A DNA stretch of 42,858 nucleotides from Terracidiphilus sp. (GCA_049284975.1 JBAPYY010000797.1:1-42858), one strand, 5' to 3'; counted from the first letter of the stretch, positions 27,622 through 40,037 are shown. Numbers and translations are program-made. The notes: generated from the sequence alone by a model not told the origin.

Positions 27622-30600
27622 ATGAGCGAACAGAAAACAGTCAGCAATACAGTGATTCTGGATGGAAACGAGGCGGCTGCCTCGGTGGCCTACCGACTCA
27701 CCGAGGTCGTCGCAATTTACCCCATCACCCCCTCGTCGCCGATGGCCGAGTGGGCCGATCAGTGGCGCTCGGAAGGAAAGAAAAACATTTGGGGCGCATT
27801 GCCTATCGTGGAAGAGCTTCAGAGCGAAGGCGGTGCGTCTGGCGCGCTGCACGGCGCGTTGCAGGCGGGAGCATTCGGAACCACGTTCACGGCTTCGCAG
27901 GGCTTGCTGCTGATGATTCCCAACATGTTCAAGATCGCTGGTGAGCTAACCCCGGCGACCATGCATGTGACGGCCCGCACGCTGGCCACCCATGCACTGT
28001 CGATCTTCGGCGACCACTCCGACGTGATGGCGTGCCGCTCGACGGGCTGGGCGATGCTGTCGTCCAATTCCGTCCAAGAAGTCGCCGACATGGCGCTGGT
28101 GGCGCAGATCGCCACGCTGGAATCACGCATTCCGTTCATGCATTTTTTTGACGGTTTCCGCACTTCTCATGAAGTGGGCAAGATTTTGCCCATCAGCGAC
28201 GAGACAATCCGCGCGCTGCTCGACGATAAATACATCATTCAGTACCGGCAGAATGCGCTCAGCCCGGATCGTCCGATGATTCGCGGCACGGCGCAAAATC
28301 CTGATGTCTTCTTCCAGGCCCGCGAGGCCTGCACGCCCTTCCATGCGGCGGTTCCGGGCATTGTGCAATCGGTGATGAACCGCTTTGCCGAGCAGACCGG
28401 CCGCGCCTACCATTTGTTCGATTATTACGGTGCGCCTGACGCCGAGCGAGTAATTGTGATCATGGGCTCCGGCGCCGAAGCAGCCGAAGAGGCGGTGGAC
28501 CTGATGGTGAAGCAAGGCGAGAAGATCGGCATGGTCAAGGTTCGCCTGTACCGGCCATTTGATTCGAGCGCCTTCCTGGCAGCGATGCCCTCAACTGTGA
28601 AGTCGATTGCTGTTCTGGATCGATGCAAGGAGCCGGGCGCGAGCGGCGAACCGCTCTACATGGACATTGTTACGGTGTTGGCAGAGAATGCAGACTCACT
28701 GCCATTCGCAACGAAGCCTAAGGTCATCGGCGGTCGTTACGGCCTGTCCTCCAAGGAATTTACGCCGGCCATGGTCAAGGGTATCTTCGACGAGCTGACC
28801 AAGCCCGCTCCAAAGAACCACTTTACGATTGGCATTGATGACGATGTTTCGCACACAAGTTTGACATACGATCCGACGTTCTCCACGGAGGACCCGAAGA
28901 CTGTGCGTGCTTTGTTCTACGGTTTGGGCTCCGACGGCACCGTGGGCGCCAACAAAAACTCGATCAAGATCATCGGGAGCGAGACGCCCAACTACGCGCA
29001 GGGGTACTTTGTCTACGACTCGAAGAAGTCCGGGTCGATGACCACGTCGCACCTCAGGTTTGGACCCAATCCCATCCGGTCAACATATCTGATTACCCGC
29101 GCCAGTTTTGTGGCCTGCCACAACTTCAGCTTCCTGGAGAAGATGAATGTGGTGGAAGCGGCCATGCCGGGAGCGGTCTTCCTGCTGAATTCGCCGTATT
29201 CGGCGGCCGAGGTCTGGGATCATCTGCCCAAGACCACACAGCAGGAAATGCTGCGGAAGAAGATAGAGTTTTATGTGATCGACGGATACGCAGTGGCGCG
29301 CAAAGCGGGCATGGGCACGCGCATCAACACCATCATGCAGACGTGCTTCTTCGCCATCAGCGGCGTGCTGCCGCGCGAGGAAGCCATCGCACAGATCAAG
29401 AAGGCCATCTACAAGACCTACGGGAAGCGTGGTGAGGCGGTAGTGGCCAAGAACTATGAGGCCGTGGACGCGGCGCTGGCGCACCTGGAAAAAGTGATAT
29501 TGCCTGCAGCGGCATCATCCGACTTCGATCTGATTCCATCGATCTCACCCAAGGCGCCGGAGTTTGTCCGCAACGTGCTAGGCCAGATTGCCGCAGGCCA
29601 TGGCGACCTGCTTCCAGTGAGTGCGATTCCCGCCGGCGGTGCTTTCCCCACGGGTACAGCTCAGTGGGAAAAGCGCAATATTGCCCAGTTCATTCCCGCT
29701 TGGGACAAGGACCTGTGCATACAGTGCGGCAAATGTGTGATGGTTTGTCCTCACGCGGTGATTCGCGCCAAGGTTTACAGCCAGGAACTTGGAGACAAGG
29801 CTCCCGCAACCTTCCAATGGGCCAAGCCCAAGTGGAAGGGGATGGAGCAGGATCGCTACACGCTGCAGGTTGCGCCAGAGGATTGCACAGGCTGTGCGGT
29901 TTGCGTCGATGTTTGCCCGGTGAAGAGCAAGAGCGACGCCAGCCACAAGGCCATCAACATGACGCCGCAAGAGCCGCTGCGCGAGAGCGAGCGCGAGAAC
30001 TGGGACTTCTTCCTTGGGCTTCCCGAGGTGGATCGCTCCAAACTTTCGCACGGTCAGGTGAAGGATCTGCAATTGCTGCAGCCGCTTTTTGAATTCTCAG
30101 GTGCCTGCGCGGGTTGCGGAGAGACACCCTACGTCAAGCTGTTGACGCAATTGTTCGGCGATCGGCTGTATATTGCCAACGCCACAGGCTGCTCGTCAAT
30201 CTACGGCGGCAATCTGCCCACGACACCCTACAGTTCCAACGCTCAGGGCCGCGGTCCCGCGTGGGCCAACTCCCTGTTTGAAGACAACGCCGAGTTTGGC
30301 TTTGGCATGAGAATCGCGCTCGACCAGCAGAAGGAGTTTGCTGAATTACTGGTGACGCGGCTGGCTGGTGCAATTGGTGATGAGCTCGCAAAATCCCTGT
30401 TGGGTCCAAAGCAGAATACCGAGACAGAGGTGAACGAACAGCGTGCGCGGGTGCGTGCGCTGCGCGAACGGCTGGCGGGCAACGAGAGCTCTGACGCGCG
30501 CAATTTGCTGGCGATTGCGGACACCTTGGTGCGCAAGAGCGTGTGGATTTTGGGCGGCGACGGCTGGGCATTCGATATCGGATTTGGCGGACTGGACCAT

Positions 30601-31272
30601 GTGCTCGGTTCCGGCAAGAACGTGAATGTGCTGGTGTTGGATACCGAGGTTTACTCGAATACAGGCGGGCAGATGTCCAAGGCCACACCGCGCGGTGCGG
30701 TGGCCAAGTTTGCCGCTGGTGGCAAACCCAACAGCAGAAAAGACCTGGCGATGGAAGCTGTAAGTTACGGCTCAGTATACGTGGCGCAGGTAGCCATGGG
30801 TGGCAACGACACCCACGTTGTGAAAGCCTTCCAGGAGGCCGAAGCGCACGATGGGCCGTCGCTGATTATCGCGTATTCCAGCTGCATTGCGCACGGCTAC
30901 GATCTGGTGCATGGGCTTGAGCAGCAGAAGCTGGCCGTGCAGTCCGGTTACTGGCCACTGATGCGCTATAACCCCGGTCTGCGTGAAGAAGGAAAGAACC
31001 CCTTCCAACTTGACTCGAAGGCACCGTCAATCCGCCTCAAGGAGTACAGTTATCGCGAGGCTCGTTACACGATGCTGGCGCGCAGCAATCCGGAGCTGGC
31101 CGCAAACCTGCTCAAGGAAGCGCAGGACGATGTCGAGCGCCAGTGGCGCGTTTACTCAGCGCGGGCCGCGATGCCAGGCCGTGGCGAAACGCCGCACATC
31201 GCTCCCGCGGAGAAACCTGAAGATAAGGCCGAACAAAAACTGGCGGCGGAGGCTGCCGGAGGTGCGGAATGA
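27622..31272 (+). CDS. nifJ: Pyruvate:ferredoxin (flavodoxin) oxidoreductase, single-chain type
   Basis: DGNEAAA, AIYPITPSS, TTFTASQGLLLM, GLGSDGTVGANK, CIQCGKC...CP, CTGCAVCVDVCP, FSGACAGCGETPY, GGDGWAFDIG, DTEVYSNTGGQ. Confidence 0.98.
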   Translation: MSEQKTVSNTVILDGNEAAASVAYRLTEVVAIYPITPSSPMAEWADQWRSEGKKNIWGALPIVEELQSEGGASGALHGALQAGAFGTTFTASQGLLLMIPNMFKIAGELTPATMHVTARTLATHALSIFGDHSDVMACRSTGWAMLSSNSVQEVADMALVAQIATLESRIPFMHFFDGFRTSHEVGKILPISDETIRALLDDKYIIQYRQNALSPDRPMIRGTAQNPDVFFQAREACTPFHAAVPGIVQSVMNRFAEQTGRAYHLFDYYGAPDAERVIVIMGSGAEAAEEAVDLMVKQGEKIGMVKVRLYRPFDSSAFLAAMPSTVKSIAVLDRCKEPGASGEPLYMDIVTVLAENADSLPFATKPKVIGGRYGLSSKEFTPAMVKGIFDELTKPAPKNHFTIGIDDDVSHTSLTYDPTFSTEDPKTVRALFYGLGSDGTVGANKNSIKIIGSETPNYAQGYFVYDSKKSGSMTTSHLRFGPNPIRSTYLITRASFVACHNFSFLEKMNVVEAAMPGAVFLLNSPYSAAEVWDHLPKTTQQEMLRKKIEFYVIDGYAVARKAGMGTRINTIMQTCFFAISGVLPREEAIAQIKKAIYKTYGKRGEAVVAKNYEAVDAALAHLEKVILPAAASSDFDLIPSISPKAPEFVRNVLGQIAAGHGDLLPVSAIPAGGAFPTGTAQWEKRNIAQFIPAWDKDLCIQCGKCVMVCPHAVIRAKVYSQELGDKAPATFQWAKPKWKGMEQDRYTLQVAPEDCTGCAVCVDVCPVKSKSDASHKAINMTPQEPLRESERENWDFFLGLPEVDRSKLSHGQVKDLQLLQPLFEFSGACAGCGETPYVKLLTQLFGDRLYIANATGCSSIYGGNLPTTPYSSNAQGRGPAWANSLFEDNAEFGFGMRIALDQQKEFAELLVTRLAGAIGDELAKSLLGPKQNTETEVNEQRARVRALRERLAGNESSDARNLLAIADTLVRKSVWILGGDGWAFDIGFGGLDHVLGSGKNVNVLVLDTEVYSNTGGQMSKATPRGAVAKFAAGGKPNSRKDLAMEAVSYGSVYVAQVAMGGNDTHVVKAFQEAEAHDGPSLIIAYSSCIAHGYDLVHGLEQQKLAVQSGYWPLMRYNPGLREEGKNPFQLDSKAPSIRLKEYSYREARYTMLARSNPELAANLLKEAQDDVERQWRVYSARAAMPGRGETPHIAPAEKPEDKAEQKLAAEAAGGAE

Positions 31273-32285
31273 TCGATTTTTCTACGCAGTATCTTGGCTT
31301 GAAGCTGAACGGCCCAATCGTGGTCTCGTCCACGCCGCTCTCTGAGCCGATCGACAATGTTCGCCGCATGGAAGATTCAGGAGCTTCGGCGATTGTGCTT
31401 CACTCGCTCTTCGAAGAGCAGTTGGCTCTGGAATCGCGAACGCTGGACGATGACCTTTCGAGAGGCACCGAGTCTTTCGCTGAGTCGCTTGGCTATCTGC
31501 CCGATTTGAAAGACTACCGCATGACGCAGGACGGCTATCTCGAACACTTGCGAAAATGCAAAGAGGCGGTGAAAATCCCCATCATGGGCAGCCTGAATGG
31601 CGCCACTACCGGTGGCTGGGTGCGATTTGCCAGGGATATGGAGCAGACCGGCGCCGACGCCATCGAGTTGAACACCTATGCGTTGGCCACGGATAAGCGC
31701 CAGACCTCGGCGGATCTCGAAGGGCAGCTCCTGGCGCTGGTTACAGCGGTTACCGCCGCGGTTAAAGTGCCGGTCGCAGTGAAGTTGTCGCAGTGGTTTA
31801 CAAGCCTGCCGCACTTGGTCGGTCAGTTAGAAGAGGCGGGCGCACGCGGCGTGGTGCTGTTCAATCGCTTTTATCAACCCGACTTCGACATTGAGACACT
31901 GGAAGTGCGGCCCACGCTCCACTTCTCCAAGCCGTCGGAATTGCTGCCGCGGTTGCACTGGGCGGCGATTCTCTACGGCCATGTGAAGCTAGATATCGCC
32001 ATCACAGGCGGCGTACACTCTGCCGAAGACGTGCTGAAGAGCATTATGGCCGGTGGTGGTGTGGTGGAGATGGCGTCGGCTTTGCACATTCACGGGATCG
32101 ACCACATCAGGAAAGTGCTGGACGACATGCACTACTGGCTGGATAAGCGGGAGTATACATCTTTGTGGGATACGCGCGGCTGTCTTAGCCGCCGCTCTGT
32201 TCCGGACACCTCAGCATTTGACCGCGGCAACTACATCAAGACGCTCAGCTCCTATAGTCTGCGTCAGACAGTGGCTGCGTTTTAG
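31269..32285 (+). CDS. Dihydroorotate dehydrogenase-like FMN protein (nifJ-associated type)
   Basis: YLGLKL..PIVVSS, GADAIELN, PVAVKLS, LFNRFYQPD, TGGVH...DVLK; ATGA overlap with nifJ; lacks the SCPN catalytic loop. Confidence 0.88.
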   Translation: MIDFSTQYLGLKLNGPIVVSSTPLSEPIDNVRRMEDSGASAIVLHSLFEEQLALESRTLDDDLSRGTESFAESLGYLPDLKDYRMTQDGYLEHLRKCKEAVKIPIMGSLNGATTGGWVRFARDMEQTGADAIELNTYALATDKRQTSADLEGQLLALVTAVTAAVKVPVAVKLSQWFTSLPHLVGQLEEAGARGVVLFNRFYQPDFDIETLEVRPTLHFSKPSELLPRLHWAAILYGHVKLDIAITGGVHSAEDVLKSIMAGGGVVEMASALHIHGIDHIRKVLDDMHYWLDKREYTSLWDTRGCLSRRSVPDTSAFDRGNYIKTLSSYSLRQTVAAF

Positions 32286-32324
32286 GGGCTTCTTCTTCAC
32301 CGGTAGTGTTTGTAATTTCAATTG

Positions 32325-32359
32325 GCAAATGGCGCTTCCTTTTGGGAAGCGCCATTTGC
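32325..32359 (+). terminator. Hairpin terminator after the nifJ operon
   Basis: Perfect 15-bp inverted repeat GCAAATGGCGCTTCC-ttttg-GGAAGCGCCATTTGC, 40 bp after the stop. Confidence 0.8.
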
Positions 32360-32496
32360 ATTGTTGGCTTCGGAACAGAGCAGAAGGGGAATTGGAATAG
32401 CGGAACCTGAGAAGGGCGCCTCACGTAACTCTCTTTGTGAAGAGCAATCACTGGCCGCACTCCTTAAAGCGGCGGCCTTCATCGGGGAGATCTCTT

Positions 32497-33096
32497 ATGA
32501 AACGATTCATGGTTTGCGCCCTCATTCTGGTGGCCGCGACTGAGGCAGCAATTGCCGCTGCGCCTTTCGTACAGTCAACCGTGCTCTCTCAGCAGGAAAG
32601 AAACAAGGCCGTCGCCAGGCGGGTCTTTGATGAGATATTCAATCAAGGGAAGTTTCAGGTCGCGGACGAGATATACGCCAAGGATTTTGTTAATCATGGT
32701 TTGCACAAAGATTCCAATCTGCAAGAGGACCAGGCGGCGGCTCGGTGGGAAAAACAGGTATGCCCCGACCTTACAATGACTGTTGGCCCGATGGTTGCCG
32801 AGGGCGATCTGATTTCAGTGCTGTGGATGGCGCGCGGGACCAATACCGCCTCGACGGGTTGGATGCCGGCTACAGGCGTAAAGATCGAGATGCGAGGCAT
32901 TACGATTTGGCGCGTCGTTGATGGTAAGCTTCGCGAAGAGTGGACTTCCTTCGATCTGTTGAGAATAGTCCGCGAGGTTGTATACCAGTTGAAGTGGCAA
33001 CTCCTCGGGCTTCTGTGCGTGGCGGCGATACTTCTCTGGTTGGTTGGCAGAGTATGCTGCAAACTGTGGCGCAGGTTATTGACATCCCAAAGATAA
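32497..33096 (+). CDS. SnoaL-like ester cyclase / NTF2-fold protein with signal peptide and C-terminal TM
   Basis: NKAVARR.FDEIFNQG, PDL.MTV..MVAEGD, GT, TG.KIEMRGITIWRVVDGKLREEW; GGAG RBS before ATG 32497. Confidence 0.8.
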   Translation: MKRFMVCALILVAATEAAIAAAPFVQSTVLSQQERNKAVARRVFDEIFNQGKFQVADEIYAKDFVNHGLHKDSNLQEDQAAARWEKQVCPDLTMTVGPMVAEGDLISVLWMARGTNTASTGWMPATGVKIEMRGITIWRVVDGKLREEWTSFDLLRIVREVVYQLKWQLLGLLCVAAILLWLVGRVCCKLWRRLLTSQR

Positions 33097-33123
33097 GTTC
33101 CCATTGAATAACGGAGAGCCAAA

Positions 33124-34539
33124 ATGGCGCACAAGCGAGGAATATTTGGATTGTTTGCCGTATCCCTAGTTGGAATTTGCGGCCTGTGTGCGGCGCAGGC
33201 GCCTATCAAGTATGAGCCGACGATCACGTCACTCGACCACCATGAGACGCCTATCTGGTACACCCATGCCAAACTGGGAATTTTCATTCATTGGGGACTG
33301 TATTCGGTGCCGGGCTGGGCGCCCCTCACGCACCCAGAGCACGATTTTTTCTCACGAGACTATATCCGGAATGACCCTTACGCCGAGTGGTATTACAACA
33401 CGATGCGCATCGACGGGTCGCCCACCCAGGCCTACCATCGCGAGCATTACGGAGCGAACTTCAGCTATTACGACTTTGCTCCAATCTTCAACCGCGAGAC
33501 GAAGAAGTGGAAGCCGGAGGTGTGGGCCAAGGTCTTTCGACAGTCCGGCGCAAAGTATGTTGTGCTCACCACGAAGCATCATGACGGCTTCACGTTATGG
33601 CCTAGCTCTGTTGCTAATCCGACGCTTCCGCCAAACCGACAACACGCCGAGCGCGACATCGTCGGCGAACTGACGGATGCGGTAAGGAAACAGGGGCTGC
33701 GCATGGGACTCTATTACTCCGGCGGCTACGACTGGACCTTCGTTCCGGGGCCAATCCGGAAGAGTGCCGACTACGAGTCAGTCAAGCCTCAGAGTGAAGA
33801 GTATGGCAAGTATGTGAAGGCGCAAATTCATGAGTTGATCGACCGCTACCATCCGTCGATTTTGTGGAATGATATCGACTGGCCGAAGACAGGCAAGGCT
33901 CTCGAAGTTGAGGCGGACTACTATAACGCTGTCTCGGATGGCGCCATCGACGATCGCTTCGGCGTAGCTCACGCGGACTTTTCCTCGCCGGAGTACAAAA
34001 CACCAGGCGAGATCAGCAAGAAGAAGTGGGAGGAGTGTCGGGGACTGGGCCGGTCGTTTGGCTACAATCGCGCTGAGGGCGAGGCGGAGACCATCGCTCC
34101 AGGCGAACTAATCGCGCTGCTGGTGGACATTGTGAGCAAGAACGGAAACCTGCTGCTGGATGTGGGCCCTGAGGCCGACGGAACCATTCCTCCGGTGCAG
34201 ATGGAGCGGCTCAAAGCGCTGGGCGCATGGATGAAGCAGAACGGCTCCGCGATTTACGATACAGTTCCGTGGGAACGCGCGGAAGGAAAAACGGTCGAGG
34301 GCGACGACCTGCGTTTTACGTGGCAAGGCCATCTGAATGTGATTGTGCTCGGAACCCCGAAAGCTCAAACTCTGACCATCGAAGGAATTCATCCGACACC
34401 TGACGTGAGGGTATATCTTCTCGGCAAGAAAGGGCAGCTCAAGTGGAAGGCTGCCGGCGACAACTTACAGGTAATTTTGCCCGATCATCTACCAGGCAAA
34501 TACGCATACGCGTTGGCGATTCACTACGCGAAGCGCTGA
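33124..34539 (+). CDS. Alpha-L-fucosidase (GH29), exported
   Basis: KLGIFIHWGLYSVPG, YAEWY, VLTTKHHDGFTLW, nucleophile LWNDIDWP, WEECRGLGRSFGY, VSKNGNLLLDVGP; signal peptide. Confidence 0.93.
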   Translation: MAHKRGIFGLFAVSLVGICGLCAAQAPIKYEPTITSLDHHETPIWYTHAKLGIFIHWGLYSVPGWAPLTHPEHDFFSRDYIRNDPYAEWYYNTMRIDGSPTQAYHREHYGANFSYYDFAPIFNRETKKWKPEVWAKVFRQSGAKYVVLTTKHHDGFTLWPSSVANPTLPPNRQHAERDIVGELTDAVRKQGLRMGLYYSGGYDWTFVPGPIRKSADYESVKPQSEEYGKYVKAQIHELIDRYHPSILWNDIDWPKTGKALEVEADYYNAVSDGAIDDRFGVAHADFSSPEYKTPGEISKKKWEECRGLGRSFGYNRAEGEAETIAPGELIALLVDIVSKNGNLLLDVGPEADGTIPPVQMERLKALGAWMKQNGSAIYDTVPWERAEGKTVEGDDLRFTWQGHLNVIVLGTPKAQTLTIEGIHPTPDVRVYLLGKKGQLKWKAAGDNLQVILPDHLPGKYAYALAIHYAKR

Positions 34540-34556
34540 GGCTTGCGGGAAATCAG

Positions 34557-35030
34557 CTACTCGCGAAGCAAGCGCTGAACCGTCTCTTCGATCAGTGTGC
34601 AGGCGCCGGGAAGTGCGTTGCTAACCGGGTCGCTGAAGACTTCGCCTAACTCGATTGAGCCGGCGCCGATGGCCAGCGATAGAGCATTCCGTGGCAGGGA
34701 ATCATAGAGTTCGCGCCCAAGCGCGAGCAGTTCGGCTGCGCCCAGGTGATGGGCCGCGAGCCCTTGCGTGTTGGCGGTTGGTTGGACGGGCGTGAGAGTG
34801 ACCGATCCGGGCAGGGAATTGACGGAGCAATCAATAAACAAAACGGATTCGGCGCAGGCAACGTCTTCGGCTAGTTCCGGAGTCCATTGATGGTCGGCGA
34901 TGACATGCACGTCGGCTTGTGTTGAGAAGCGCTGCTCGGCCCACTCAGCAAGCCAAAGCCCGACGCCATCATCCCCGCGTAGCGTGTTACCGCAGGCGAG
35001 AATGAGGAATCGGGCCGGAGTCAGGCTCAT
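34557..35030 (-). CDS. hoxW: Hydrogenase maturation endopeptidase
   Basis: GNTLRGDDGVG, HQWTPELAED, FIDCS, AHHL; immediately downstream of hoxH. Confidence 0.88.
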   Translation of the reverse strand: MSLTPARFLILACGNTLRGDDGVGLWLAEWAEQRFSTQADVHVIADHQWTPELAEDVACAESVLFIDCSVNSLPGSVTLTPVQPTANTQGLAAHHLGAAELLALGRELYDSLPRNALSLAIGAGSIELGEVFSDPVSNALPGACTLIEETVQRLLRE

Positions 35031-35039
35031 GGACTAAGT

Positions 35040-36461
<1,422 letters not shown>

Positions 36462-36464
36462 GAC

Positions 36465-36998
36465 TCATGCTCCAAAACGGGTGAGGGCTGAAATATCCAG
36501 CGGCGCACCAGTGACCAGCGCGGTCAGCGCTGCGTGAAAAGTATCGGCCGAGGGCGGGCAGCCGGGCAAAAAGACATCGACTGTCACAAATTCGTGGATA
36601 GGGCGCACAATTTTGAGCAGTTTGGGCACCACGACGCAGGGAATCTGCGGCTGCGCGCTGGCGTTCTCAATGTACGCCCTATCAAGAATTGCTTCTGGTC
36701 CGAACGGGTTGCGCATGGAAGGCACATTGCCGGCCACCGCACAGTCGCCCATGGCAATCAGCAGTTTGGAATGGGCGCGAACCTTCTTGATCTTCTTTTC
36801 GTCGTCTTCCGATGCGACAGCTCCCTCGACCAGGGCGATATCAACTTCGTCAGGAAAATCCTTTGCATCCACGAGGGGACCGTAGACCACTTCGATCAGC
36901 TTCGCCAGTTCGAGGATCCGTTCGTCCATGTCGAGGAACGACATATGACAGCCGGAACAGCCATCGAGCCACACCGTTGCCACTTTCAATTTGCTCAT
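36465..36998 (-). CDS. hoxY: [NiFe]-hydrogenase small subunit
   Basis: [44 protein letters not shown] overlap with hoxU. Confidence 0.95.
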   Translation of the reverse strand: MSKLKVATVWLDGCSGCHMSFLDMDERILELAKLIEVVYGPLVDAKDFPDEVDIALVEGAVASEDDEKKIKKVRAHSKLLIAMGDCAVAGNVPSMRNPFGPEAILDRAYIENASAQPQIPCVVVPKLLKIVRPIHEFVTVDVFLPGCPPSADTFHAALTALVTGAPLDISALTRFGA

Positions 36999-37708
36999 TG
37001 CGCTTCCCTCATGAGGTTCAGGTAAGGCAGAAAATCGGGATATTTGGGGTGATCGGAACCGATCTTGCTCTTGTCGAAGAGGGCTCCGGTGGGACAAACC
37101 TGGACACACTTGCCGCAGCGAGTACAACTTGATTTTCCCCACTCATCGTGGAGATCGGTAATCACGATCGAATCGATGCCACGACCCATCACATCCCAAA
37201 CGTGAGCTCCTTCAATCTCGGCGCAGACCCGCACGCAACGCGTGCAAAGGACGCAGCGGTTGTGATCGACTGTGAAGCGCTCGTGAGAGGCATCCACGGC
37301 CAGCGCAGGGTTGCGATAAGGCAGGCTGATATGAGTGACGCCCTGTTCCTGGGCCAGCGCCTGCAACTCGCAGTGGCCGTTGGAGACGCACACCGAGCAG
37401 ATGTGGTTGCGCTCAGCGAAGAGCAGTTCCAGGATGACGCGGCGGTGTTTGCGGAGTCGCTCGGTGTCGGTCAAAACCTCCATACCTTCGTGGATATTGG
37501 CGACGCAGGCGGGCAAAAGCTTGTTACTGCCCTTGATCTCCACCAAACAGAGGCGGCAGGCACCCACCGCGCCCAAGCCTTCAATATGGCAGAGGGTGGG
37601 AATTTTGATGTCATTCTCGCGCGCTACATCCAGGATGGTCTGGCCCGAGCGCGCGCTCACTTCCTGGCCGTCGATGATCAGAGTTTTGACGCCCATGCTT
37701 TCGCTCAT
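36995..37708 (-). CDS. hoxU: Bidirectional hydrogenase diaphorase subunit U
   Basis: IPTLCH...[55 protein letters not shown]. Confidence 0.95.
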   Translation of the reverse strand: MSESMGVKTLIIDGQEVSARSGQTILDVARENDIKIPTLCHIEGLGAVGACRLCLVEIKGSNKLLPACVANIHEGMEVLTDTERLRKHRRVILELLFAERNHICSVCVSNGHCELQALAQEQGVTHISLPYRNPALAVDASHERFTVDHNRCVLCTRCVRVCAEIEGAHVWDVMGRGIDSIVITDLHDEWGKSSCTRCGKCVQVCPTGALFDKSKIGSDHPKYPDFLPYLNLMREAQ

Positions 37709-39360
37709 GCCAATACCTCCTTCGAAGCTTCGGGCACGTGCGCTTCCATGTTGCAGACGCCAGCGGGACAGCGCTTATGCACGATGTGTTCGATGTATTC
37801 GTTCTTGAAGTACTTGAGCGTGCTCAACACAGGATTGGGCGCTGTCATGCCCAGCCCGCAGAGGCTGGTTTCCTTGATGGTGTTGCACAGGCTCACCAGC
37901 AGGTCAAGATCTTCCAGGGTTCCAGAGCCCTCGCAGATGCGGCTCAGCAGGGTAAACATCTGCGCCGTACCCGCGCGGCAGGGGATGCACTTGCCGCAGG
38001 ACTCGGTCATGCAGAATTCGACGAAGAATCGCGCTACGTTCACCATGCAGGAGGTGTCGTCCATGACGATCATGCCGCCCGAGCCCATGATGGAGCCGAC
38101 CGCCATGAGGGCGTCGTAGCTGACGCCGAGGTCGAGCATTTCTGCGGGAATGCAACCGCCGGAAGGTCCGCCCGTTTGTACCGCCTTGAATTTATGCCCG
38201 TCTGGTACGCCGCCGCCGATGACTTCGATGATCTCGCGCAGCTTGATTCCCATGGGCACTTCCACCAGGCCGGTGTTAGTGATCTTGCCGGTCAGGGCAA
38301 AGACCTTGGTGCCTTTACTCCGCTCGGAGCCCATGTTGGCGAACCACTTGCCGCCGTTGCGAATAATGGGAGCAATGTTGGCATAGGTCTCCACGTTGTT
38401 GAGCAGTGTCGGTTTGCCCCACAGGCCACTCACCGCCGGATAGGGAGGCCTAGTTCTGGGCGAACCGCGCCGGCCCTCGATGGAGGCCAGCAACGCGGTC
38501 TCTTCGCCACAGACAAAAGCTCCCGCGCCTAGCCGGATTTCGACGTCGAAGCTAAACGGCGTGTTGCAAATTCCGTTGCCCAACAGGCCGCGTCGCCGCG
38601 CATCGCGCAACGCAGTTGTCAGCCGGGAGACGGCTACCGGGTACTCGGCCCGGACATAGATGGATCCTTTGCTTGCGCCCACTGCGTAGGCGGCAATGGC
38701 CATGCCTTCAATGACGCGGTGCGGGTCGCCTTCCATCACGCTGCGATCCATGAATGCGCCTGGATCGCCTTCGTCGCCGTTGCATACCACGTACTTCAGA
38801 TCGCCGCCGGCTTTGGCTACCGTCCCCCACTTCAACCCTGTGGGATATCCGCCGCCGCCTCGACCCCTGAGACCGCTTTCGGTGATGCGGTGAATCACGC
38901 CGTTGGGTGTCATCTCTGTCAGAGCGGTAAGGAGCGCCTTATAACCGTCGCGGGAGATGTAATCGTCGATCTTTTCCGGGTCGATGTGGCCGGCGTTCTC
39001 CAACACCACTCGCACCTGCCGGTCAAAGTGGTCGTTCAAATCACATTGCAACGCAGGAACTGGCGCGCCGCCCAAGCTAGCAACAATCGCCTCTGCATGG
39101 CCGGCATTCACATGATGATAAAGAGTTTCCTCGGGATCAACACGAACCAACGGCCCGGACGAGCAAGGCCCCATGCACCCGGTGCGGCGGACGAGCACGT
39201 TCTTGCCCGATGCTCCGGCGGCCTTCTCCAGCGCTTCCCGTAAACGATCCGCACCCTGACTCATACAAGCCAGATCCATGCAGACGTTCACCTCAAAATC
39301 GTATTTCTCGTTTTCCTGGCAGACACTCTTTGCTACCTGTTCGAGCTCTTCGATTGTCAT
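37705..39360 (-). CDS. hoxF: Bidirectional hydrogenase diaphorase subunit F (NuoF-like, FMN/NAD-binding)
   Basis: N-terminal 2Fe-2S domain (VCMDLAC...GCMGPC), [49 protein letters not shown]. Confidence 0.95.
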   Translation of the reverse strand: MTIEELEQVAKSVCQENEKYDFEVNVCMDLACMSQGADRLREALEKAAGASGKNVLVRRTGCMGPCSSGPLVRVDPEETLYHHVNAGHAEAIVASLGGAPVPALQCDLNDHFDRQVRVVLENAGHIDPEKIDDYISRDGYKALLTALTEMTPNGVIHRITESGLRGRGGGGYPTGLKWGTVAKAGGDLKYVVCNGDEGDPGAFMDRSVMEGDPHRVIEGMAIAAYAVGASKGSIYVRAEYPVAVSRLTTALRDARRRGLLGNGICNTPFSFDVEIRLGAGAFVCGEETALLASIEGRRGSPRTRPPYPAVSGLWGKPTLLNNVETYANIAPIIRNGGKWFANMGSERSKGTKVFALTGKITNTGLVEVPMGIKLREIIEVIGGGVPDGHKFKAVQTGGPSGGCIPAEMLDLGVSYDALMAVGSIMGSGGMIVMDDTSCMVNVARFFVEFCMTESCGKCIPCRAGTAQMFTLLSRICEGSGTLEDLDLLVSLCNTIKETSLCGLGMTAPNPVLSTLKYFKNEYIEHIVHKRCPAGVCNMEAHVPEASKEVLA

Positions 39361-39854
39361 TCCACGGCCCACCTTTCGAGTTGCTCGAGCATCTGTTCAG
39401 TCGTCATCTCCCCCACCACTTCGCCATCACACAAGACCACAGGAGCACGGCTACAGGCGCCTACGCAGCGGGCGGTCATCAAACTGATTTGGCCGTCCTT
39501 GGTTGTTTGCCCACGGCCAATTCCCAGACGTTTTTCTGCTGCAGCGACCAGTTTGTCGGAGCCTTTGATGTAGCAGGCTGTTCCCGCGCAGATGGTTGCC
39601 GTGTGCTTGCCTGGAGGCTTAAGGCTGAAGTAGTGGTAAAAGGTCACTACCCCGTAGGCCTGGCTCAGCGGCACGCGCAGGGAGCGGGCCACAAAACGAA
39701 TCGAGTCATCATCCAGATACCCGAATGCGGATTGCACGGTGTGGAGCGTCTCAATAAGCGCGTGGCGGGCAAAGCCATTTTTGCGCATGGTGCCATTGAC
39801 GATCTTCCATCTGTTATCGCTGCTGGGCAGCGGTGGGGGTACGAATGCAGACAC
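39357..39854 (-). CDS. hoxE: Bidirectional hydrogenase subunit E (NuoE-like 2Fe-2S)
   Basis: [45 protein letters not shown] start after GGAGG. Confidence 0.93.
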   Translation of the reverse strand: MSAFVPPPLPSSDNRWKIVNGTMRKNGFARHALIETLHTVQSAFGYLDDDSIRFVARSLRVPLSQAYGVVTFYHYFSLKPPGKHTATICAGTACYIKGSDKLVAAAEKRLGIGRGQTTKDGQISLMTARCVGACSRAPVVLCDGEVVGEMTTEQMLEQLERWAVE

Positions 39855-39950
39855 GAAACCTCCCGTACATGGAGCCAGATAGGCAGCGATTTTGCTGCGA
39901 CAGCGACACCCATGTCTGTCTATCTTTTACGCTAAGGGGTAATTCTTATC

Positions 39951-39979
39951 CGTGACCACGGTCACCTGGCGTGGTCACG
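39951..39979. promoter_or_regulatory. TGTGA-N6-TCACA-type box nested in a 10-bp inverted repeat, upstream of hoxE
   Basis: CGTGA-CCACGG-TCACC (39951-39966); CGTGACCACG (39951-39960) / CGTGGTCACG (39970-39979) perfect inverted repeat; about 100 bp upstream of hoxE. Confidence 0.55.
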
Positions 39980-40037
39980 TATCCCACTCTGTGACAAAGG
40001 GATAGAACCTGCGGGATTGGGAGGGGAAGTTTGCGCT

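Noticed and set aside
36995..39854. Interpretation of hoxE/F/U as respiratory complex I nuoEFG or [FeFe]-hydrogenase subunits
   Set aside because: They are translationally coupled to NiFe small and large subunits, HoxU is short, and there is no H-cluster domain or membrane Nuo subunit
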